Shown one piece after another: positions 8,474 to 18,547 of a DNA stretch of 64,000 bases. Position 1 is the stretch's first letter. Each line of letters begins with the position of its first letter. The notes below the pieces were generated by a model. That model was given only the letters and a program-made list of their open reading frames with translations, was not told where the DNA came from and did not search any database. Both the position numbers and the translations under genes were made by a program. The DNA lies in assembly GCA_034520885.1 (NCBI GenBank), contig JAXHNE010000005.1:13748-77747 (forward strand), written 5' to 3'. This DNA comes from Candidatus Saccharimonadota bacterium (GTDB lineage Bacteria; Patescibacteriota; Saccharimonadia; Saccharimonadales; JAXHNE01).

Positions 8474-9526
8474 ATGATTTCAACATTGAGCCTCAAGCAA
8501 TTCAGGTCTTATCATGACGCTTCATTTGAGTTTGAGCCCGGGGTCAACATCATCGTCGGGCCGAATGCCAGCGGGAAGACGAATTTACTGGAGGCGATTT
8601 TGGTGTTAGCCAACGGGAGGTCGTATCGCGCCAAAGACCGGGAGTTACTGCGAACCGGCCAAGAATGGGCACGTTTGGACGCGCTCGCGGATAAAACGCC
8701 GCGCACGCTTAAACTGCAAACCAAAGCCGATAGCGCGCGGGTGGAAAAGGTTTTGGAGGTGGACGGCGTAGCCAAAAAACGCCTTACACTCCAGGACACG
8801 GTACCGGTGGTTTTGTTCGAACCCACCGACTTGCAACTCTTGACTGGTTCCCCCGCCCGGCGGCGAAGCTTTTTGGATACGCTCCTGAGCCGCAGCGAGC
8901 CGGATTTCGCCCGGCAACTACGGATTTACGAACGCAGCCTCGCGCAGCGCAATACGCTGCTTAAAACCGGTCATATGAGCAAGGACGAGCTGTTCGTGTG
9001 GAACGTGCGGCTTAGTGAATCCGGCGGTAAAATTATTGCGTCGCGCGCGGAGCTAATCAAGCGAATGAACACGGAGATAAACGGCCATTATAAAGACGTC
9101 GCGCACGAGGACAAACACATCACCGTGGCTTACCAAACCGACGTGAGCGCGCATCACGGGACGCAGTTAATGGAGTTGCTGGAAAAAAACATAAAACTGG
9201 ACGAAAAACGGGGGTTTACCAGCGTGGGACCGCACCGAGATGACATGTTGGTGGAGTTCGAAGGGCGGCCAGTGACCGAAACCGCTTCCCGCGGGGAGGT
9301 GCGCACCCTGGTGCTGGGGTTCAAAATGCTGGAACTTTCCATTATTGAAGCGTCACGCGGGCAAAAACCGCTCTTGCTACTGGACGACGTTTTTAGCGAA
9401 CTGGACGGCTCCCGCCGCAAAGCGCTAACGGATTTTTTGAAAGATCACCAAACCTTCATCACCACCACCGACGCCGACGTCGTCGTAGACCACTTCATGA
9501 AAAAAACCAACGTCATCGCGCTTTAG
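8474..9526 (+). CDS. recF: DNA replication and repair protein RecF
   Basis: Walker A GPNASGKTNLLEAI, an SMC-like signature, and Walker B LLLLDDVFSELD. Confidence 0.95.
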   Translation: MISTLSLKQFRSYHDASFEFEPGVNIIVGPNASGKTNLLEAILVLANGRSYRAKDRELLRTGQEWARLDALADKTPRTLKLQTKADSARVEKVLEVDGVAKKRLTLQDTVPVVLFEPTDLQLLTGSPARRRSFLDTLLSRSEPDFARQLRIYERSLAQRNTLLKTGHMSKDELFVWNVRLSESGGKIIASRAELIKRMNTEINGHYKDVAHEDKHITVAYQTDVSAHHGTQLMELLEKNIKLDEKRGFTSVGPHRDDMLVEFEGRPVTETASRGEVRTLVLGFKMLELSIIEASRGQKPLLLLDDVFSELDGSRRKALTDFLKDHQTFITTTDADVVVDHFMKKTNVIAL

Positions 9527-11059
9527 CTAGAGTCCGGTAATTACCCGATATCCTTCTTGTCTTAAAGAGCTATCCTTAATTAGTTGCTCCAAGTTGGATT
9601 TCACCCGGGAGATCTCATCTTGGCTATAACCCACTGTCTGTATATCTTCCTGGTATGTAGGCTCTCCTAATTCGGGGGCAATGTGTATGGTTTCGTTTTG
9701 TATTGAAACGTTTTTTACTATGGGGTTTTTTTCAAGCTCAAGAAATCGTTGACTGATGTTCATAGTATCTTGTGTTTCTTCGTCCAGAAGTAAGGTGTAC
9801 CTACTTTTAGTAGATAGAAAACAGGGATAAATTTTAGAGTCAAACGACCGGATTCCACACAGTGTGCCCTCACCCGGAGCACTATAGAGCACGGGGCCAC
9901 CCGTTTCTCGGGGATTAAATTTGATCACGGCGCTACTCGTTGATATATACAGCCTATCTTCTATGGTCGTGAAGCCGATACCTTCCGGAATCAGACTTGT
10001 TTTTTGGAGACCGTTATCCTTTTCATATACACCAAGTCCTTCATCGTGAATAATACAAATATAGTTGTTGCCACAAAAATCAGCGCCGCGGACTTCATCG
10101 AAAGATAGCTCATGTTGCCCACTCTCCGATTTTAAAACTACGGTTGAACCCTGCTCTTCTAGTTGGTCGGCATGTGCTTCAACGGCCTCGGCCCTCTCTC
10201 CGGAACCAATACTATGACCCCCACCGTATATAAACATAAACTCCTCGCCGTTGGAGCGAATGGCGTTAAGTGGTTTGTCGTCTTTTTGGTCAGCCGCTTC
10301 TGCTTGTGATGCGGTTAATGTATTGAGATCGGTAACCTTATAGTAGATTGCGTATTCGGTGTCATATGCAAGAAACCCATTTTTTAAATCGACAACTCGT
10401 AGATTTAAGTCGGTCGGGAGGTCTCCTACTATGCGATCCGCCGACACTTCGCCACTATCCGCTAGCGCGAAGAGCCTATGACGACCCGTCTCAAGTAGCT
10501 TAACCAGTAGGTAACTATCTCCCCCTTCTTCGATGTACCCTTCTACGTAACCATCTTGTGAAACGTCTATATTCTTAGCATAACTTGGGTTTGTGCCGCT
10601 TGCGGGAGTATGGAAAACGACTTCACTGAGTAAAGAACCGCCACAAAGTGACGAGAAAAACGCAAAAGGCTCACCCGTGCCATACACACACGGGTGAGGA
10701 TTTATTATCGCAAAACTGTGGTCGCGTTGCTTTATTAGTTCTCCGCCCATGTTTGTACTTTGAAAAAAACCGGGCACGTTGACCCTGGCAAAATAGCGAC
10801 CATCTTTCGAGTCCACAGTAGCCGTGTAATTGCCGCTCTTCAGCGAAATAGTCTCTTCGCTTGAGTTTAGCGGATAGGTTTCCGTCATGTTTTCGTCGTC
10901 GACAAGGGTTAACGTGCCACTACCAGATAAGCTCTCCATAGATATCACGAGTCGTCCACGAGTACTTACCCAAAACAGCAATAGAATAAAACTGGTTACA
11001 GCGAGGGCGACGATTGAGAGTCTGATTAGTTTTCTTTTTTGCACGGCTCTATCCTCCAT
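9527..11059 (-). CDS. Hypothetical N-terminally anchored extracytoplasmic protein (last gene of the T4SS-like operon)
   Basis: 510-aa ORF with a single N-terminal TM segment (LIRLSIVALAVTSFILLLFWV). Its start overlaps the stop of the upstream hydrolase gene. No family recognised. Confidence 0.6.
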   Translation of the reverse strand: MEDRAVQKRKLIRLSIVALAVTSFILLLFWVSTRGRLVISMESLSGSGTLTLVDDENMTETYPLNSSEETISLKSGNYTATVDSKDGRYFARVNVPGFFQSTNMGGELIKQRDHSFAIINPHPCVYGTGEPFAFFSSLCGGSLLSEVVFHTPASGTNPSYAKNIDVSQDGYVEGYIEEGGDSYLLVKLLETGRHRLFALADSGEVSADRIVGDLPTDLNLRVVDLKNGFLAYDTEYAIYYKVTDLNTLTASQAEAADQKDDKPLNAIRSNGEEFMFIYGGGHSIGSGERAEAVEAHADQLEEQGSTVVLKSESGQHELSFDEVRGADFCGNNYICIIHDEGLGVYEKDNGLQKTSLIPEGIGFTTIEDRLYISTSSAVIKFNPRETGGPVLYSAPGEGTLCGIRSFDSKIYPCFLSTKSRYTLLLDEETQDTMNISQRFLELEKNPIVKNVSIQNETIHIAPELGEPTYQEDIQTVGYSQDEISRVKSNLEQLIKDSSLRQEGYRVITGL

Positions 11060-12197
11060 TAATCGACCAGTGCCACGGTTCAGAAGGCAGGTTTTTTAAG
11101 CTGGTGTTGTCGCGTAAAAGTATAAAGCATGGATGGCTTCTACTGCTAATTGTGCTGCCATTACACGTAAAGTCAACAGCACTACCCCGTTCATGATTCG
11201 ATCTACCAGGGATTGCCGTAGCAATCCTACAGCTACCAGGAGGGGCGGAATACACGTCAGGACAACCGTTCTTGACGCGCAACTCTTCTTGGCGCTGTAC
11301 GGATCTCCAACCCCAACCACTCATGTTGAGTCCTTCGTTGTTCGCCAGGTTCACAACCCTCTCAACCTCTTCGGCGATACACGGGTGGACACGTATGCCG
11401 ACTGCCGAAACTGTTTGAGATTCCTCTACGGGTTCAGCCGGGCAGCCATTCTCATCTAACGCAACCGGGCCACCACCCGATTCTCCCGAACAAGTGGATA
11501 CCGAAACGTTTGAAACGCCTTCGACAGCATTAGTCCCGGATCCGAATTCCTGCAGCCAGGCGAGCGCTTGTGAGTGTCTAACCGGGCGGGTTCTTTCTAT
11601 GTGGGCAGGATTTTCATATTCCTCAAGAAAAATATCAGTCGCCTCAATATAGTCCTCCGTAGCCTTAATTGGTTCAAGAGTCGAAGACTTGTAGTCATCA
11701 CTTGTAAGTTCAGTCCACAAGTAGTCAAGTTGCACACCGAGGGGTTCGGTGGGTGGAACACCTCGTTCGGCATACAATTCCCGCAAACCTTGTTTGCGAG
11801 GAGGATGTGTCCACTGAACCAACCCGTAACCTGGCTGCCCTTTGCTGTTTTGATCCGGTGGTACCGTATCAGATCTGTGGGGCGGGTCGCTAAAAGCAAA
11901 CTCAACGACACGAGGATCCCAGGTGCCCGCTGACTCACTTTCGATATTACCCATAATACCCGCGACCTGAGCGGGGGTAAGCCCCTTTGATATAAGGAAA
12001 TTCCAAACCTTTTCCGGATTCTCCGAGCCGGTAAGGATGGTGGCTCCTTCACTGCAAGTACGCGAGTCCGGATCGTAGAAAGGAGTATATAGGTTTTCCC
12101 TGTCCGTGTCGGTGAGTGCGTAGGCCATCGAAGATATAAAAATTTGCCCCAAAAAAGCGAATAAAATAAATAAACAAAAAATACTGCGCCTATTCAT
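11049..12197 (-). CDS. Bifunctional cell-wall hydrolase (lysozyme-like domain + M15/VanY-type peptidase), functionally VirB1/CwlT-like
   Basis: The start is set at ATG 12197 (MNRRSIFCLFILFAFLGQIFISSMAYA, a signal peptide). It overlaps the upstream stop by 8 nt. GIMGNIESESAG is the phage-tail-lysozyme-type motif. The C-terminal PGRSNHERGSAVDF matches the SxHxxGxAxD zinc site of M15 peptidases. Confidence 0.8.
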   Translation of the reverse strand: MNRRSIFCLFILFAFLGQIFISSMAYALTDTDRENLYTPFYDPDSRTCSEGATILTGSENPEKVWNFLISKGLTPAQVAGIMGNIESESAGTWDPRVVEFAFSDPPHRSDTVPPDQNSKGQPGYGLVQWTHPPRKQGLRELYAERGVPPTEPLGVQLDYLWTELTSDDYKSSTLEPIKATEDYIEATDIFLEEYENPAHIERTRPVRHSQALAWLQEFGSGTNAVEGVSNVSVSTCSGESGGGPVALDENGCPAEPVEESQTVSAVGIRVHPCIAEEVERVVNLANNEGLNMSGWGWRSVQRQEELRVKNGCPDVYSAPPGSCRIATAIPGRSNHERGSAVDFTCNGSTISSRSHPCFILLRDNTSLKNLPSEPWHWSINGG

Positions 12198-14763
12198 TGG
12201 TAAAGTACGCTCCTGCTGCTTCGACCGCCGCTTCCTCCAGGAGGCAAGGGTTGGCAATCCTTTTTTCTTCCAATCCAGTGTAGGGGTTTTCATTTCCTTC
12301 GCCGGACTCTTCCCATCGTTCTTTGTACTCTTCGCAGCTTTCTTCGGTTAATTGATCGGGGTTTCGAGTAAAGGCGGGATCATTCTGGCTATAGCCGTAC
12401 CGTGTAATTCCAAAGGCGTTTATTGCCAGTTGCTGTTCGGCCAGTGAATCCGCCCCCACACTGCCGGTAAAAGCATTCCTTAAGTTCGCCTTGAAACCAT
12501 TCATTATTCCGAAGATCGCGCCAGTGCCCTGAGTTTGACCAATGGGTATAGAACCAACCAGGCCGCTGGCGAGTGATTGAGGGTGCTCAAGGCTTGCGAG
12601 GCGCGTAAGTAAGTCTTCTTTACGGAAGTTTTGACGTTGTTGCTCCAACTGTTCCTTCGTTATTTTAGCGTACTCTTCGTCGCTAATAACCGGGGCGCCC
12701 AGACCGTAAGGTTGGCCGGATTCGTCATATCCGCCCTCGGCGAATTCCGCCGATGTCACATCAGCGCCCGCTATGACTCCGTCCAACTTGACACGCGCCG
12801 GGCTGTCTTCTTGTACGGGGAGCGGAAAGACGTAACTAAATACCCATGTAAGAAAGGTGTCGAACAGGTTTTTAGCCCACTCTTCGAATGTATCGTAACC
12901 ACGAATATTGGATACCAAACCAAAGACGACACTTCCTATTGAGCTCAGGACGAAGTCTACAGCACCAACTATCCTTTCAAGGAAAAAGCGATAATCTGCT
13001 GGGCAAGGAGCGTTAATTTCTACAACAATTTCAACGCCTGGTGGACTTGTTACGCAGTCATCCAACGTATTTACTGCGCTGGCCACTCTATCGACCACCG
13101 GATTGTCCCGAAGCTTCTCTACCTCGAATCTATCCCCCGGGCCTCTAACAATCTTCTTTTCATCGCACACGTGATCACCTCTGTCTATCGGTTCTCCGTC
13201 CTGACAAGTGTATTCCTCGTCGGATTGTGCATGCACCGTTGAACTTCCGAGGAAGGCGACGTCATTGTTTTGTTGATTGGAATAGGCGCGCCACAATTTA
13301 CTTTTTTCAGCACCATCAAGGTCACTCAAAGCCGCTCCAAGTTCATTCAAGTCTACTTCGTGAGATTTTGTCTCGTCATTCAATGAACGAAAACCAGTAT
13401 AAATTTCTCTGTATTGTTCAGCAGCCAAAGCCGAATGGAACCGACTAAGTGCATCGTCATCTATAGCCCGGTCAAAATCATCAGCCAAAAGAGCCATGGA
13501 CGCAACAAAGTATAATTGTCCTGCCACAGGAATTTTAGTCGCTGCAAGCCGAGCCGAACTATCCTTCATGACCTTTGCCAACAATTTTTCGAGGACATAA
13601 CTGCTCACAGTTCCCCTGCTTCTACCAAGAGGTTTTCCATTCTCGTCTGTTCCACGAAAATGCTTTATAATGTCATTTCTGTCTTCCTCGGAAAGGTTGT
13701 TTCTGTCAAGGTCTCTTTCCCGCAAGTCGTTGGGGCCACAAGAGTTTGCGCGGCTTCCGATGTTCCTGTCGATAGCGCAGGTAAATATGAGGCCATACTT
13801 ACTAGAAAAAGGATATACAAACCTGCTTACGAATCTGTACTTATATCTCGTTCGTGCGCTTGCACTCCGGTCTTCCAGGTTATCTCTCGTGTCGCAAGCC
13901 CAAAAACACCAAAGCCTGACGTCGTGTTTTCGCTGGAGGTATTTACGGATTGAGCGGCGCTCCATGACCTGATAGATCTTTGTTTCTTGCCGTAAAAAAC
14001 GGTTCATTTCACGGCCGAAATCCCTCCTCCCCCTGTCGGTTACGATATTCCTGAATTTTCCGTCAACGTCCCTGCTTAAGTCGATTTCACTCCTGAGTTT
14101 GGTATCGTATAGGCGATGTCGAGTAATGCCGGTATCACTGTCTTGTTCCGTTCTGATTTCTATACCGTAGTTATCAAATAACTTTTGCTCGACTCGTGCG
14201 TCGCGCCATTGATTGAACAAGTTACCAGCGATACCTGCCCCCCTATAGGTATATCTGCAGTCGAGAGACACTGTCTGAGTACAGGTATTGAGCTGAGTCA
14301 TATAGGACACCATATATCTTTCCATGAGATGCCCCGCCCGGGCTTCAACGGCGTTGGCGGCAACAGCAAACGCTTTTTGGTTGATATTCTGCATAAAGTG
14401 TTCGAGCTTGAGTGCTGGGAGGGTCAATACCGATATGAGCACACCCCCGCCCACGAAAAGGCCGATAACTCCTCCTCCGGCTTTTCTGCGGCGGGTCCAG
14501 AACTTTTTCTTATTGGCACCACTTCCGTCATCTTTAAATAAGCTTTGCTCTTCTTCGCCTCCAGTGTCTTTACGAGGTTCAGCACCTTCTTCCTTTTCAG
14601 CGATTTCGTTAGGCGAGAGTGATCTTTGGCCGATATCCTCCGCCGCTCCGCTGTGGGCTTCGCGGTCCATGGCCTCTTCTTCATCGGGAGAAATACCGGT
14701 AATACCCCTTAATTCATCATTCGAGGTCCCCTTTTTTTGTCGTTGATCGTCGTAGACTGGCAT
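12190..14763 (-). CDS. Large T4SS-associated membrane protein, function unknown
   Basis: 857 aa. Acidic cytoplasmic N-terminus, a TM segment (GGGVIGLFVGGGVLISVLTLPAL) and a large exported region with a second hydrophobic patch. Lies between the virB4-like gene and the hydrolase. No family recognised. Confidence 0.6.
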   Translation of the reverse strand: MPVYDDQRQKKGTSNDELRGITGISPDEEEAMDREAHSGAAEDIGQRSLSPNEIAEKEEGAEPRKDTGGEEEQSLFKDDGSGANKKKFWTRRRKAGGGVIGLFVGGGVLISVLTLPALKLEHFMQNINQKAFAVAANAVEARAGHLMERYMVSYMTQLNTCTQTVSLDCRYTYRGAGIAGNLFNQWRDARVEQKLFDNYGIEIRTEQDSDTGITRHRLYDTKLRSEIDLSRDVDGKFRNIVTDRGRRDFGREMNRFLRQETKIYQVMERRSIRKYLQRKHDVRLWCFWACDTRDNLEDRSASARTRYKYRFVSRFVYPFSSKYGLIFTCAIDRNIGSRANSCGPNDLRERDLDRNNLSEEDRNDIIKHFRGTDENGKPLGRSRGTVSSYVLEKLLAKVMKDSSARLAATKIPVAGQLYFVASMALLADDFDRAIDDDALSRFHSALAAEQYREIYTGFRSLNDETKSHEVDLNELGAALSDLDGAEKSKLWRAYSNQQNNDVAFLGSSTVHAQSDEEYTCQDGEPIDRGDHVCDEKKIVRGPGDRFEVEKLRDNPVVDRVASAVNTLDDCVTSPPGVEIVVEINAPCPADYRFFLERIVGAVDFVLSSIGSVVFGLVSNIRGYDTFEEWAKNLFDTFLTWVFSYVFPLPVQEDSPARVKLDGVIAGADVTSAEFAEGGYDESGQPYGLGAPVISDEEYAKITKEQLEQQRQNFRKEDLLTRLASLEHPQSLASGLVGSIPIGQTQGTGAIFGIMNGFKANLRNAFTGSVGADSLAEQQLAINAFGITRYGYSQNDPAFTRNPDQLTEESCEEYKERWEESGEGNENPYTGLEEKRIANPCLLEEAAVEAAGAYFTNE

Positions 14764-15155
14764 TATTGAGTCCTGATTTTTGAGTTTTGTGTCTTGAGTG
14801 ATTTAAGAAGCCCGCTCAGTATCTTGGATATTTCATCGGTATTCTCCACCAGTCTATAATAGTCCTCAGTCTTGAAGTACTCAAGACTTCTTCCGAGTTC
14901 AAGCATAGATTCAACTTCGGCAGCAGAACCTTTGGCAATCAAGAGAAAGTTGGAAAAAGCCTTTGGGCTTCTTCTGGAGTGGCCTTCGGCTATATTGTTC
15001 ATAATCGAGACGGACGCTCTTTGTATCTGATCACGGAAGGAAAAGTCTTTGTTATTTTGCAGTAGTCCATATATTTCAACGCGTAAATGACGAGCTTTTT
15101 GCCAAGCCTTGATGTCTCGAAACGACTGCCCGGTGTTTTTGTTTACTTTGCTCAT
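14763..15155 (-). CDS. Four-helix-bundle protein (23S rRNA IVS protein / Avd-like family)
   Basis: 130 aa. Motif QIQRASVSIMNNIAEGHSRRSPKAFSNFLLIAKGSAAEVESML. Its stop shares 1 nt with the ATG of the downstream 857-aa gene (TAATG). Confidence 0.85.
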   Translation of the reverse strand: MSKVNKNTGQSFRDIKAWQKARHLRVEIYGLLQNNKDFSFRDQIQRASVSIMNNIAEGHSRRSPKAFSNFLLIAKGSAAEVESMLELGRSLEYFKTEDYYRLVENTDEISKILSGLLKSLKTQNSKIRTQ

Positions 15156-15196
15156 GGCTTTTGCTCAATACTCATCACTCACTACTCACAACTCAT
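14763..15196 (-). mobile_element. Putative heptamer-armed cassette 2 carrying a four-helix-bundle gene
   Basis: The right arm (15156-15196) reads gctcaat actcatc actcact actcaca actcatt (actcNNN). The left arm (14766-14810) reads ttgagtc ctgattt ttgagtt ttgtgtc ttgagtg (NNNgagt, the complement). The arm cores atcactca...aactca are shared. The left arm supplies the last codons of the gene (KSLKTQNSKIRTQ). Confidence 0.55.
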
Positions 15197-17122
15197 TTAT
15201 GAGCCGGGGCTTAGGCGGTTGTTCAGGTCTATTGTACCTTGTTCGCCGGATATTTCGCCCTGTTGTTCTATTTGGCTTACTTGTTCCGGATTGGTGGTGA
15301 TCAAATTGGTTTCCGTGGGGCTGGCGGTAACCTGAATATGTACGTGATTTTGCCCGGCAAAGAATAACCCTTGACCCACCGGGAATTGGCTGAGGCGTTT
15401 CTTTTCCTCGCTAGTGAGTTTGAATACATGAGAAAGTGTGTCCACGGCGGTGGAGGATTGTTTGAGCAGGATTTGCATGGAGGCGTTGGCCACGATTGCC
15501 CGCCCCATACGGCTACCCATAAAGTCTTCCACGTCTTGTGAAATGGTGGTGATACCCAGGTTGTATTTACGGGCCCGTTTGGCCAGGCTGAACATGAAAT
15601 TGGCGGAATCTTCGTACTTCATGAGCTGCCAGGCTTCGTCGACCACCAGCATACGACGCTTTTGGTCGGCTTTGGTTTTGTTCCAGATAAAGTTAAGTAC
15701 GATATACATGGCCACCGGGCGCAGTTCGTCTTCCAGGTCACGGATATTAAATACCACCATCGGGTTGTTGATGTCGATGTTAGACGGTTGCGAGAAGATA
15801 CCCGCGAACGTACCGGTGGTGTATTTGCGAAGCCGTTGCGCCAATTGCGGCCCATTTCCGCCCATATGTAACAGCGTGTCGTAAAGATCGTTAATGGTCG
15901 GCGGCGGCGAAGTGTGCGTGAGCGGATCGTTGGTGATTCCGGCTTTGGCATAGGTTTCGATCAGTGCGGCGTCCAGATCGGCCTCTTCAGCGGGGCTGAG
16001 CGCCGGAGCAATGCTGCCCTGGGCGCCTTCTTGTTGAGCCATTTGGGCCTGGGCGCCGCCCATCATCAGCCGTAAGAGCCCGTGCAAAGTAATCAGGTTG
16101 CTGCGCAGGGCGTTATCGGCCTCCTCTTCGTCGGCAACTTTCGGCAAATCAAAAGGGTTTATCCTGGTCGGTGAATTCAAACTTAAGCGAACGTAGGCTC
16201 CGCCGACCGCTTCGGCCATGCGCTGGTATTCGTTTTCCGGGTCGATAATGAACACCTCGGTGCCGAACATCATGCTACGCAAGGCTTCCAGCTTAACGGT
16301 AAAACTTTTACCGGCGCCGGACTTGGCAAACACCACGGAATTGCCGTTTTCCAAGGAAAAGCGATCAAAAATCACCAACCCGGAGTTGTGCATGTTAATG
16401 CCGTAAAGAATGCCGTTATCTTGCGTAAGATCGGCCGAAGTGAACGGGAAGCTGGTGCTTAAAGCGCCGGTGTTCAGGTTGCGGCGAATCTGCAGTTGAT
16501 CCGTAAATTGCGGCACGGTGCTGTTTAAGCCTTGCTCTTGCTGTGAAGTGGCCGGTTTGGAGTAAATTAATTGCTGGCCAAGCATGGATTCCACTTTTTG
16601 GGCGACGTATTCCAGCTCGTCTTCCGATCCCCCGTAAATCGTAAAGTACAGCCCGAAGCGGAAGAAGCGTTCTTCGCCCACCTGTAGTTTGTCGCGCATT
16701 TCCTCGGCGTCCTGGATGGCGGCCTGGGTGCCCGGATCGCGAACCCGACCCTTCTCGGCAGTGATTTGCATATCGGCCTCCAAGCGGGACACCTTTTTCT
16801 TGAGGTTATCCAGCACTACCTGGCTTTCGACTGGATAAATGTAAATTGAAAGATCAATCACTTCGTCCAGATTGACCATACTACTTAACCAACCGGTAAA
16901 AATTTGCCGCGGATACCCATACACGTAGTAGGTGCGGGCGTAGCGGGTGCCGATTTGAAAGTCCTTATTGTTAAAGACAATGGAGCTGGGGGCAATAAAG
17001 TCACGGAGCGCGCCAACACCCTTCTGGAAAGCGGCTTGGACTTCTTGCTCCTCACGGGCTTTTTGCTGCTGCGCCAGCGTCACCGGATCGGTCTGGTCGT
17101 TCTTTTTACCAAACAAACTCAC
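15197..17122 (-). CDS. virB4: VirB4/TrbE/ConE-family type IV secretion ATPase
   Basis: 641 aa. Walker A VFAKSGAGKSFT and Walker B MLVVDEAWQLM. The N-terminal domain is typical of VirB4 (GTRYARTYYVYGYPRQIFTGWL). GTG start. Confidence 0.9.
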   Translation of the reverse strand: MSLFGKKNDQTDPVTLAQQQKAREEQEVQAAFQKGVGALRDFIAPSSIVFNNKDFQIGTRYARTYYVYGYPRQIFTGWLSSMVNLDEVIDLSIYIYPVESQVVLDNLKKKVSRLEADMQITAEKGRVRDPGTQAAIQDAEEMRDKLQVGEERFFRFGLYFTIYGGSEDELEYVAQKVESMLGQQLIYSKPATSQQEQGLNSTVPQFTDQLQIRRNLNTGALSTSFPFTSADLTQDNGILYGINMHNSGLVIFDRFSLENGNSVVFAKSGAGKSFTVKLEALRSMMFGTEVFIIDPENEYQRMAEAVGGAYVRLSLNSPTRINPFDLPKVADEEEADNALRSNLITLHGLLRLMMGGAQAQMAQQEGAQGSIAPALSPAEEADLDAALIETYAKAGITNDPLTHTSPPPTINDLYDTLLHMGGNGPQLAQRLRKYTTGTFAGIFSQPSNIDINNPMVVFNIRDLEDELRPVAMYIVLNFIWNKTKADQKRRMLVVDEAWQLMKYEDSANFMFSLAKRARKYNLGITTISQDVEDFMGSRMGRAIVANASMQILLKQSSTAVDTLSHVFKLTSEEKKRLSQFPVGQGLFFAGQNHVHIQVTASPTETNLITTNPEQVSQIEQQGEISGEQGTIDLNNRLSPGS

Positions 17123-17144
17123 AAGACAACCCCCCGGGACTCTA

Positions 17145-17234
17145 AAGTCTGAAATCTGAAATGTGAAACCAGAAACAAATCTGAAATCTGAAATGTGAAA
17201 CCAGAAACAAATCTGAAATCTGAAATGTGAAACT
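17145..17234. repeat. 31-bp tandem repeat (about 2.8 copies) built of heptamers
   Basis: aaatctgaaatctgaaatgtgaaaccagaaac is repeated head-to-tail at 17146, 17177 and 17208 (the last copy is partial). It sits between the virB4 start and the stop of the four-helix-bundle gene. Confidence 0.9.
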
Positions 17235-17636
17235 TCATGATGAATTCCTCACAATCGCTCCGAGAATATTCATTAATTCGGTTGCTTCCTTCTGCAGTCT
17301 CGACTGTTCTTTACGATTTAATTCATTTGCTGTAATAAGTTCTAACCAGTAAATTGTTTCTCTCGCTTCTTTTTTTGCGATCTTAACCCGCATAATAAAA
17401 TCTTTCTTGCTTAAGGATTGATTTGCCTCCAAGTAGTTCGCACCAACGGAACCGGAAGAGCGAACGAGTTGCTTGCCGTCCTCTCTGTTACCGGCATTTT
17501 TAGGAAGTGCCCCCACGAATAAACGAACGTCTTTTGCGAACTTTTTAGTTCTATCTTCAAGATCAAAACGTTTCTGATTTCGTGCTTCGTGCTTGTTTCT
17601 GATTTCGTGCTTCGTGCTTCGTGCTTCAGTTTTCAT
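17235..17636 (-). CDS. Four-helix-bundle protein (23S rRNA IVS protein / Avd-like family), subtype B
   Basis: The start is set at ATG 17636, in an ATGA overlap with the upstream stop. Motifs RFDLEDRTKKFAKDV and QLVRSSGSVGANYLEANQSLSKKDFIMRVKIAKKEARET. The track ORF's 60-aa N-terminal extension overlaps the upstream gene and is rejected. Confidence 0.8.
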   Translation of the reverse strand: MKTEARSTKHEIRNKHEARNQKRFDLEDRTKKFAKDVRLFVGALPKNAGNREDGKQLVRSSGSVGANYLEANQSLSKKDFIMRVKIAKKEARETIYWLELITANELNRKEQSRLQKEATELMNILGAIVRNSS

Positions 17637-18547
17637 GAATATATATCCTTTTCCAGCTGTGGCTGGGCGGCTTGGCCTTCGCCCTTGGTGACAACTGGCG
17701 CTGTCATGGTGTTGAAGTCTTTCAGTTGCTGGCGGGTCGCGGTGTCCGGATTGTAGGTGTCGTAGTACAGTTCGATCAGCTCTTGCGTGTCCAGCGGGAT
17801 TCCCTGGATGCCGCATTGCTGCAACCCGTTTAACACCGCTTGTACGCGGTTACGCAGTTCGTCCTTGGCTTTGTTGAGCGTGGCTTCGTTGATGGTGACG
17901 TGCACGTCCTTGGGCTTGAAAATATGGGTCAGCCCCTGGAAGAATCCCCTACTACTTTCCACGGCCTGCTTTAGATCACCTTCCGGAAAGTACGGAATTA
18001 CCACGTAAAAATTCTTGTCCATAATGTTGGTTTGCAGGGAAAGGTTGTCGATGTAGGTAATGTAATCCTCCATTAACAGTGATAGCAGCATATTGTCATG
18101 CTCGCCACGGATTTTATCCAGCTTTTGGATATAGGGGGTCATGTCCACTTTGCGTGATCGCAGGAAAATTTGTATCGGAAAATATAAGGAGTTTAAAAAT
18201 CCCTGGTAACTGTATTCCACCGCATCCCGTTCTTCCGGGCTCATGAGATCGAAGTTGATGGAGCGGACGGCCACTACGGAGCGAAAGGAGCCGTCGTTCA
18301 TAATCACGATGCCATCGCGCACTTCGGCAATCTGTAAGGAGTTCTGGGTGCTATTAGGGTTGCCGGCCGGAGGTTGTTCCTTAGATTTTTGAGGTGTTGG
18401 TTGCTGGCCTTGAGATTGTTGGGGTGGCGGCTGTTGCCCCGGCGCTTGTTGTTGGCCGGGGTTTTGGGGCGCGTAGGCCTGCCCCGGCTGCGATTGAGCG
18501 GGAGGCTGCTGGGGATTGTTTTGTTGGCCGGGGTTTTGGGGATTCAT
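17633..18547 (-). CDS. T4SS-associated protein with a Gln/Pro-rich N-terminus, function unknown
   Basis: 304 aa. The first ~70 aa are low complexity (NPQNPGQQNNPQQPPAQ...). The segment DGSFRSVVAVRSINFDLMSPEERDAVEYSYQGFLNSLYFPIQIF is reminiscent of the N-terminal region of VirB4-type proteins, but this resemblance is weak and judged only by eye. Confidence 0.55.
   Translation of the reverse strand: MNPQNPGQQNNPQQPPAQSQPGQAYAPQNPGQQQAPGQQPPPQQSQGQQPTPQKSKEQPPAGNPNSTQNSLQIAEVRDGIVIMNDGSFRSVVAVRSINFDLMSPEERDAVEYSYQGFLNSLYFPIQIFLRSRKVDMTPYIQKLDKIRGEHDNMLLSLLMEDYITYIDNLSLQTNIMDKNFYVVIPYFPEGDLKQAVESSRGFFQGLTHIFKPKDVHVTINEATLNKAKDELRNRVQAVLNGLQQCGIQGIPLDTQELIELYYDTYNPDTATRQQLKDFNTMTAPVVTKGEGQAAQPQLEKDIYS

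Larger units (their letters stand above)
17145..17636 (-). mobile_element. Putative heptamer-armed cassette 3 carrying a four-helix-bundle gene
   Basis: The left arm (17145-17234) uses NNNgaaa words: tctgaaa tctgaaa tgtgaaa ccagaaa. The right arm (17571-17633) uses the complementary tttcNNN/cttcNNN words: tttctga tttcgtg cttcgtg. gaaaucagaaac can pair fully with guuucugguuuc. The right arm encodes the N-terminus MKTEARSTKHEIRNKHEARNQK. Confidence 0.55.

Noticed and set aside
17145-17234. The 31-bp tandem repeat looked superficially like a short CRISPR array.
   Set aside because: Units are directly adjacent with no unique spacers. Each unit is itself made of heptamers. No cas genes are present. 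It forms one arm of a four-helix-bundle cassette.
17637-17816. 60-aa N-terminal extension of the third four-helix-bundle ORF (track 17235..17816).
   Set aside because: It lies entirely inside the upstream 304-aa gene in another frame and is Arg/His/Pro-rich nonsense. ATG 17636 gives a product colinear with the paralogs.
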